Shown piece by piece: positions 58,286 through 64,000 of a DNA stretch of 64,000 bases; within the stretch, counting starts at the first letter, position 1; every line of letters starts with the position of its first letter. Source of the DNA: a virus. The notes beneath the pieces are model-generated. The model was not told where the DNA came from and did not search any database. It saw only the letters and a program-made list of their open reading frames with translations. The stretch covers positions 47,515-111,514 of IMG/VR virus record IMGVR_UViG_3300014501_000002; one strand, given 5' to 3'. The translations under genes were made by a program, and so were the position numbers.

Positions 58286-59392
58286 TTAAGCACATTGCTG
58301 TGCCTCCGTTCCCGTAAACGGTGCCGTCAATAGCACCGAACGCGGTCGCACTGAGTCCCGCGCTAATCCACCGATAGGCTGGACTCGCTGTGATAGCGAG
58401 AAAGCCGCGTTAGCATCTCGGTGGTCATTGTGTCCGCAATGAGCGCAGCGGTAGAACTTTCCGTTGGGCTTGGTTAACTGATGGCAGCGAGAGCACTCCT
58501 GCGATGTGTACGCAGGGTCGACTTCGATTACCATTACTCCGCGCAAAGCGGCTTTGTACAGGATGTATTGGAGCAATTGATAGAAACTCCACTGGCTCTT
58601 TTCGGAGTAGCGGCGAATCTTTCCCTTGCGAACTGTATCCAATTTTTCCAGCACAATGCACCGACGATGTGATGCGGCGTAGTCCACTATCTGTTTGGAC
58701 ACGACGTGATTCTCATACTTGGTGCGTCTAGACTGTTTGTTGCGAATCTTGTGAAGCAGACGCCGCTTCCCAAGACGCTGTAAACTCGATTTTCTACGAC
58801 GCCACACTTCCTTGGTGTACGCTGGATTAAAACCTAGGTGCAACACTTTCCCCGTCTGCGGGTCGGCTAACGTTGCCACCGCGCCGACTGAGTTGCGGTC
58901 AACGCCCACTGTACCCGTTGGCTTGAGCGAAGACTGCGCTGGTGTGTTGTAACTAATGTGGGTGTACCAGACGCCTTTGCGTTGAATGAACTCGATGCTG
59001 CGAATGAATCCAGCGACAGGACGCATGAACACAACAGGTAGGACAAACTTCTTAAAGATGGCGGGTATGCGAATGCCGTTGCCTTCCAGTTTAACTACCT
59101 TACCCTTGTCCCCACAAATAGGAATGACGATGTTCGAGACAGACTTACATTTTTTGTTACGTTGATATTTAGTAATTAAACTCTTGCTTACGACACAAGG
59201 TATCGTGTTATAATACTTGCTAGAGGATTTATCCCGATGGGCGAGCATCTCGTGAACAGCAACACGGCAACGGTCTCGCAGGTCGTTGAGAGGTCCCGTA
59301 AACGAATCGGGAACCTTGACTTTGACCGTGCAAGCCACTGTGTTTACCACTTGGCTGTCCACGTCGTGTTTTGTGTTAAGTTTAGGCGTCAT
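58286..59392 (-). CDS. tnpB: TnpB RNA-guided endonuclease (start uncertain)
   Basis: GVDRN, VLEKL, YTSQECSRC, HRDANAA. Confidence 0.9.
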   Translation of the reverse strand: MTPKLNTKHDVDSQVVNTVACTVKVKVPDSFTGPLNDLRDRCRVAVHEMLAHRDKSSSKYYNTIPCVVSKSLITKYQRNKKCKSVSNIVIPICGDKGKVVKLEGNGIRIPAIFKKFVLPVVFMRPVAGFIRSIEFIQRKGVWYTHISYNTPAQSSLKPTGTVGVDRNSVGAVATLADPQTGKVLHLGFNPAYTKEVWRRRKSSLQRLGKRRLLHKIRNKQSRRTKYENHVVSKQIVDYAASHRRCIVLEKLDTVRKGKIRRYSEKSQWSFYQLLQYILYKAALRGVMVIEVDPAYTSQECSRCHQLTKPNGKFYRCAHCGHNDHRDANAAFSLSQRVQPIGGLARDSVRPRSVLLTAPFTGTEAQQCA

Positions 59393-59719
59393 ATACTCAC
59401 CGCAGAGCGGAGAGACTTTACTAATATCACTCTACGCGCAATTGCTGAATCTGTCAAGTGCGAAATTATCGAGTTTGGCGCAGAGGAAGACCACGTACAC
59501 TTTTTGCTCAGGTATCCACCAACGGTGGAACTGAGTGCGATTATTGGCACTCTCAAGAGCAAATCTGCTAAGGCGTTACTTGACAAGTTCGGCTCCTTCT
59601 TCTGGGGTAAACATCTTCGTACTGTTTGGAGCAGTGGTTTCTTTCTCTGCTCCGTCGGTGGTGCGACTCTCGAAATCCTCAAACAGTACGTTGAGAACCA
59701 AGGTAAATCACTCAGCTAG
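59237..59719 (+). CDS. tnpA: IS200-type Y1 HUH transposase (start uncertain)
   Basis: HVVFCVKFRR, DHVH (HUH), W..G.F..SVG, QYVENQ. Confidence 0.92.
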   Translation: MGEHLVNSNTATVSQVVERSRKRIGNLDFDRASHCVYHLAVHVVFCVKFRRHILTAERRDFTNITLRAIAESVKCEIIEFGAEEDHVHFLLRYPPTVELSAIIGTLKSKSAKALLDKFGSFFWGKHLRTVWSSGFFLCSVGGATLEILKQYVENQGKSLS

Positions 59720-59783
59720 AGACGCCGCTTACCCACCGTAAACGGAGGGATTGCGCGGCTAAATCTGTTCATCGCTATGCCTC

Positions 59784-60494
59784 CTAGGCAATTAGTGCGA
59801 GCGAAGTACCCGCTATCTGTACGAAACCCGATGCATCCTTCTTAGCTGGTCCCTTCGCACGTAACCCGATGACTGATCCTTTGTACCCATCCAAGAAACG
59901 CAAATCGTGCAAGTCTCCGTCAATCACTCGCGCGCCTAAAAACGTCTCCGGTAACGGGGCTCCGCGTTTCGTGTTAAAGACTACGGCCACATTGATGCCA
60001 TGATTTAACGCGTCGATTGCATGTGCCCGGTTAGACTCATGTAGCGAAAATGTAATGTGGTAATTCGGCCGCACGCGTAGTTGTGGCCTAGGTATCTTCG
60101 TGTAATCATAGAATTGCACGTGCGGGAATTCGGCACATATCGCGGCCGACAGTTCTGCTAGATCAGATGTGCCATTGATTCGGACGGCGGGTATCATATG
60201 AAGCTTTGCCGCGCGTCGGACCAATGCATGCACGTCCTTTCGCAGTTGCACCATAAACCCGGCTTTATCCCGTGTGTACCACTGTGTCTTGCGAATACGG
60301 GCTCCGTGAATCATTTCGGGAAACACCATTGCTCGCCCGGCATCGTCAAGACATCCCTTGATACAACCCGCCGATGCGAACGGACACACGTTACGCCCGC
60401 TTTCCTTCGATGGAGCAAGATACAGAATGCCCGTAAGGTATCCAAGTGACTCGCCCTTGCTAGTTTTCGCGTTCTGTACTGTAAGAAGCTTCAT
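59784..60494 (-). CDS. Phage gp88-like protein
   Basis: LYLAP...CP.AS.GC...CL...GR, RINGTSD, FYDYTK, DGD..D.RFLD, GLRAKG. Confidence 0.75.
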   Translation of the reverse strand: MKLLTVQNAKTSKGESLGYLTGILYLAPSKESGRNVCPFASAGCIKGCLDDAGRAMVFPEMIHGARIRKTQWYTRDKAGFMVQLRKDVHALVRRAAKLHMIPAVRINGTSDLAELSAAICAEFPHVQFYDYTKIPRPQLRVRPNYHITFSLHESNRAHAIDALNHGINVAVVFNTKRGAPLPETFLGARVIDGDLHDLRFLDGYKGSVIGLRAKGPAKKDASGFVQIAGTSLALIA

Positions 60495-60577
60495 CGGTTT
60501 CTTGCCTCCGCTTTCGTTCGATTGTCTAGCTTACTGTCACACGCTAACGCGTGCATGATGCATTCGCCGGTTTAGGG

Positions 60578-61393
60578 TTAGAGTAAACCTTTCAGTTCCG
60601 CCATTGCTTCGGCGCGCGTCCATAGTGCACGGTTCAAGCGGACGTCATTCGAAATAGACTTGACGGCGCGTGAAGTAACGCGTTCGCCATTCGAAAACGT
60701 CCGGATGCCCTTCGTGGTGTTCTCTTGGATGCGGTTAAAGGTATTCCACAAGCTATTACCCGCATCGTCTCGCCGACGTGGTGCGAGCAACATTTCGGGA
60801 GTGATACCCGTTTGCTTCTCTCCTTCCTTTTCTTCGAACCGGAGACGATGCGCGGACGTGGCAAGCGCCAATTGTTCATTGGTGCTCAATTCGACGCTCT
60901 GCCATTTGCCGATGACATCCAATATCTTCGGCGCTTGTTCGAAAACGTGCTGTGTACCGGCAATCACTTCGTCAATGATATTTCCAGTGTGACGGATTGA
61001 AACGGCCGCGAGCAAGCTATCTGCCACAACCATTCCGTTTGAGCACACGAAGCGAAACACACCACCCATAAGCTTATAGCGGCTTGTTCCGTCATGCGCG
61101 TTAATCAATACCACTTCGACGATTGACTCGCCGACGACGGCAAGCGTATTGAAGCTTTGAAGCGAACGGAAGCGAAGCATGTGTTTCGTGAAATCCTTCT
61201 TATCCGCGATACGTGTGCGAGACTGCGACGCGGATACGGGCACGAAACCCGCTTCCCGTAAACCTGAAATCACGTCGGACGTGGGGATAAACGTGTACCG
61301 ACCGCTTTGCGCGTGGTACGGTTCAGTTGCGAACGCGGACGGCGCAAAGTGTCTGATATCTTCGATGCTCATTTCATTGCGGTAGTTCGTCAT
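60578..61393 (-). CDS. DUF932-family protein
   Basis: APSAFA...RYTFIPT, FTKHMLRF, INAHDGTS, FRFVCSNG, PRR..D...LWNTFNRIQEN. Confidence 0.9.
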   Translation of the reverse strand: MTNYRNEMSIEDIRHFAPSAFATEPYHAQSGRYTFIPTSDVISGLREAGFVPVSASQSRTRIADKKDFTKHMLRFRSLQSFNTLAVVGESIVEVVLINAHDGTSRYKLMGGVFRFVCSNGMVVADSLLAAVSIRHTGNIIDEVIAGTQHVFEQAPKILDVIGKWQSVELSTNEQLALATSAHRLRFEEKEGEKQTGITPEMLLAPRRRDDAGNSLWNTFNRIQENTTKGIRTFSNGERVTSRAVKSISNDVRLNRALWTRAEAMAELKGLL

Positions 61394-61457
61394 GTGATTG
61401 TCTCCGTTTTACCTTTGCTAGTGAATTCTAGGCTTCCTAGTGCCGTCTGACAGTTAC

Positions 61458-61517
61458 AGGATACGATGCGGCTTGCGAAACGTCAATGGTACGTTAGTAC
61501 TGATTATACCTTAGTAC
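61458..61517 (-). promoter_or_regulatory. Early promoter 1 with triple GTAC upstream module
   Basis: TTGACG-N17-TATCCT; GTAC at 61489, 61497, 61514. Confidence 0.75.
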
Positions 61518-61883
61518 TCTCATTTTGTGGGACTACCACGAATCGAAGTATTCGCGCGGACAGGATCAGCATGCAACCGAGAATGACTAGAGATATCATG
61601 GCTAGTTTCCTCCATGTATCGTGAGATACTTATGGACGCGTTCTTTATACGTGATAATCCACGTGGGGTGTGCGTCGCGCATACTGTTAATGTACGGCCA
61701 TGCGTCGCAGTTTACTGCGAACGTGGCAAGGATACGTTTTCGTTTGCCTACTGTGCCATCGCGTAAACAGTTGTCATGTTAGTTGGCTCCGTTCCAGATG
61801 ATAACTCCCATAATGAAAGTTATCAAGAATCCTATTACCTGTACCGCGTCTAGTGGATTAACTGTTATCGTTATCATGGCTCG

Positions 61884-61941
61884 ATTATGCCTGTAATCTG
61901 TCCGCGCGTCAATAGTACTTCCGTACTGAATTTCACAGTAC
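61884..61941 (-). promoter_or_regulatory. Early promoter 2 with triple GTAC module
   Basis: TTGACG-N17-CATAAT; GTAC at 61915, 61923, 61938. Confidence 0.75.
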
Positions 61942-62177
61942 TAAACCTGTAAGTGTATGCGTGACTCCAGAACCAAGTTTGCGATATTGACGCGGCTTGG
62001 TGTTTCGTCGCGGTCCTTATCCCATGTAATATCCGCTAACGCGAACGTATCGGATAATGAGGAAATACCCGTTACGATGCCGCGTGCGAACGGAAGCGGA
62101 CCAGTGTAGGCCGATATGCTCCGCAAGAATTTAACAGAATATGCTACACGGCTACCTATTTCGATTTTCCCGCTCAT
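61941..62177 (-). CDS. Hypothetical early protein
   Basis: 78 aa, GGAGG RBS. Confidence 0.65.
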   Translation of the reverse strand: MSGKIEIGSRVAYSVKFLRSISAYTGPLPFARGIVTGISSLSDTFALADITWDKDRDETPSRVNIANLVLESRIHLQV

Positions 62178-62311
62178 GATGCTTTCCTCCGTTTGAACTT
62201 GAGTATCACTACGGGCTCGCCAGTTCTGTCTAGCTTAAGCTTGCCCGTGGCGAGTTGGATAGCTACGAAAGCCGCGTGTGTCGGTTTGTTGTGCATTACC
62301 ATGATGTATGC

Positions 62312-62371
62312 AGTCTATCCTATGGATAGTTTATCGTCAATGGTACAAAGGTACTGAATATTACTTAGTAC
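62312..62371 (-). promoter_or_regulatory. Early promoter 3 with triple GTAC module
   Basis: TTGACG-N17-TAGACT; GTAC at 62343, 62351, 62368. Confidence 0.75.
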
Positions 62372-62554
62372 CCTCTGCAATAGACTTGAACGCATAGAAT
62401 GCTTCGCCTAGGACGGGCATGGCAATGTCAGATTGAAAATCATCGGATTCGAACAGTGACTCGACGACATACTGCGCGCCGTCTTCGTTGACTTGTGTAA
62501 CGATGCTGTCGTTATAGATGCCTTGGATGATGTCCATTTGTTTCTCCTTTGTGT

Positions 62555-62624
62555 TACTGTGCCCATGCTACGATATGAATAGTTTAATGTCTATAGTACG
62601 TTGGTACCGAATGTTACTTAGTAC
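62555..62624 (-). promoter_or_regulatory. Early promoter 4 with triple GTAC module and GGGCACAGTA box
   Basis: TAGACA-N17-TAGCAT; GTAC at 62596, 62604, 62621. Confidence 0.7.
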
Positions 62625-62625
62625 G

Positions 62626-62826
62626 TTATTTGTCCCATACCCGATCAACCAGACCAACATACTCGCGTTCGATATCATCGTTAAAGAACAGGGTTACAGA
62701 CTCGCACGATGCGCGGCTTCGCATTTCTTTGGACAGGCGAACGTACGCGCCGTACTTCATGCGCGCAGTGTGTTGGTTGTTTCCTTCGTACACTGTACCG
62801 ATGTTACCTACAATTACTTGGTACAT
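62626..62826 (-). CDS. Hypothetical early protein
   Basis: 66 aa, YQVIVGNIGTVY motif. Confidence 0.6.
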   Translation of the reverse strand: MYQVIVGNIGTVYEGNNQHTARMKYGAYVRLSKEMRSRASCESVTLFFNDDIEREYVGLVDRVWDK

Positions 62827-63205
62827 GGCTAGTTGCCTCCTTTGATAGACTGATACACTTCGTCCGTCTCGCTTGTTCCGCCGTTACTCTCTACCACGTT
62901 GGATGCTACTTGATAACTCTCGCCGGTCAGTACGCGGCATCCATTATGTTCCACACCATAAAACCCATTTCCTTCGTTGATTAGTTTCATGGCTAGTTAC
63001 CTCCTTCGTTGAAACGCTGGATAGCATCGCGGTACTGCTTACGCTGTACGCGGCCGATGCTCGACTGCGGATCAGGCTCCTCAGTTCCGAATCGTTGCAC
63101 CGTGACGTGATGCATGCTCGGAAGTGAGACAGGGAACAGTAAGGATAACAGTTTTTCGAAGATGGCTCGCATTGCTAAGGTGCGTTTCATTTTGATATCT
63201 CCTGT

Positions 63206-63276
63206 TACTGTGCCCATGATATGCCTTAGTCTCGTTTCCCGTCAATGGTACAATTGTACCGATTATGCCTTAGTAC
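63206..63276 (-). promoter_or_regulatory. Early promoter 5 with triple GTAC module and GGGCACAGTA box
   Basis: TTGACG-N18-TATCAT; three GTAC boxes upstream. Confidence 0.7.
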
Positions 63277-63380
63277 CCCTTGAACCGGATGCATGATGCC
63301 GGTTGTGGGAAAACTTTCCATACCTTAACCATACCTAACCATGCCGGGCGTCCGGGACGTGGTTTATTCGGAGCCCGTGA

Positions 63381-63453
63381 ATTGGTGACAGCATTGTGCA
63401 AATAGTGTCACCAAATAGGATTGGTGACAGAATAGCTAGATGCTGTCGCCAAT
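63381..63453. repeat. Two adjacent inverted-repeat pairs of TTGGTGACA
   Basis: ATTGGTGACAG (63381, 63420) with inverted TGTCACCAA (63406) and CTGTCGCCAAT (63443). Confidence 0.7.
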
Positions 63454-63849
63454 TCGCTGTGCCTCCTTCCATCCGAATCTAACCCGATTCAAATACTCCG
63501 ATGTTTCGTTCGCGGTCGAAAGGATTGAATTACCTAAGCTAATACCTTGTTTAAAATCGTTGTAACCCTTTGAAAATGCTTTAGTTGAGTCATCAGATGA
63601 TAGGCCGATTTGCTCTTGCGGCTTAGCCGCTTCTTGTGGCTCGCGCCCGGCTAATTGAACGTGTGCTGAAAGGGACCAGTAATAGTTCTTTCCATCGTAT
63701 AGCGTCCATCCGTTGATATTGCGTAGCGCACGTTGCATCGTTCGCCATTCAACAACTGTAAGACGGTCGCTGTCCAAGCGCTGTAAGTCTTCGACGCGGA
63801 CGGCGCCATTCTGCAACTGTTCCCTAAGCCATTCTTCATTACGTTCCAT
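63436..63849 (-). CDS. Hypothetical protein (first gene after the edge repeats)
   Basis: 137 aa, AAGGAGG RBS. Confidence 0.65.
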   Translation of the reverse strand: MERNEEWLREQLQNGAVRVEDLQRLDSDRLTVVEWRTMQRALRNINGWTLYDGKNYYWSLSAHVQLAGREPQEAAKPQEQIGLSSDDSTKAFSKGYNDFKQGISLGNSILSTANETSEYLNRVRFGWKEAQRIGDSI

Positions 63850-63867
63850 CGTTCTGCCTCCTTAAGT

Positions 63868-64000
63868 CCATCAGCACTATATAGTATAGTGCATTAAACC
63901 CTAACCCTAACCATCAGCATTATATAGTATAGTGCATTAAACCCTAACCCTAACCATCAGCATTATATAGTATAGTGCATTAAACCCTAACCCTAACCAT
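63868..64000. repeat. 43-bp tandem repeat (at least 3 units, runs off the window) with hairpin and CCCTAA hexamers
   Basis: CCATCAGCA(C/T)TATATAGTATAGTGCATTAAACCCTAACCCTAA at 63868, 63911, 63954. Confidence 0.95.

Larger units (their letters stand above)
58231..59767. mobile_element. IS605-type element with divergent tnpA and tnpB
   Basis: Subterminal hairpins; right end ...GGGAGCATCAA; excision restores MKGKLRVW...KGAL* behind GGAGG. Confidence 0.88.

Noticed and set aside
63868-64000. CRISPR array or eukaryotic telomere contamination
   Set aside because: Units are contiguous and near-identical with no unique spacers; only two CCCTAA hexamers per 43-bp unit, joined seamlessly to a phage RBS and gene

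Overview
A 64-kb segment of a temperate, probably podovirus-like dsDNA bacteriophage. The host is most likely an Acidobacteriota or similar diderm soil bacterium; this is inferred from a PEP-CTERM protein and an acidobacterial-type secreted protein. The + strand (1-7.6 kb) carries putative internal virion/ejection proteins and a few small genes. Almost everything from 7.6 kb to the right end is on the - strand. That block includes a tyrosine recombinase, many small accessory genes and an RNA-repair toolkit (Rnl1-type ligase, RlaP-like and other Pol-beta NTases, a cyclic-phosphate receiver domain, a phosphoesterase, a Thg1 remnant). It also has SNF2 and intein-containing UvrD helicases, a PD-(D/E)XK nuclease, an annealing recombinase, a family-A DNA polymerase, prim-pol, SSB, nucleotide enzymes, DNA ligase, a GH108 endolysin, about 7 free-standing homing-type endonucleases, two IS200/IS605 (TnpB) elements and early genes with repeated promoters. 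Most notable: (i) a 48-bp hairpin-forming site in inverted orientation at 7.6 kb and 47.3 kb, next to and overlapping the recombinase 3' end, predicting a ~40-kb invertible segment and possibly swappable recombinase C-termini; (ii) a circularly permuted, anticodon-opened tRNA-Glu-like (YrlA-like) RNA upstream of an RlaP-like NTase; (iii) a phage-borne exopolysaccharide synthase/export operon plus a PEP-CTERM protein; (iv) a 43-bp tandem repeat at the right edge combining a hairpin with telomere-like CCCTAA hexamers. All protein calls come from motif recognition by eye; no database searches were run.
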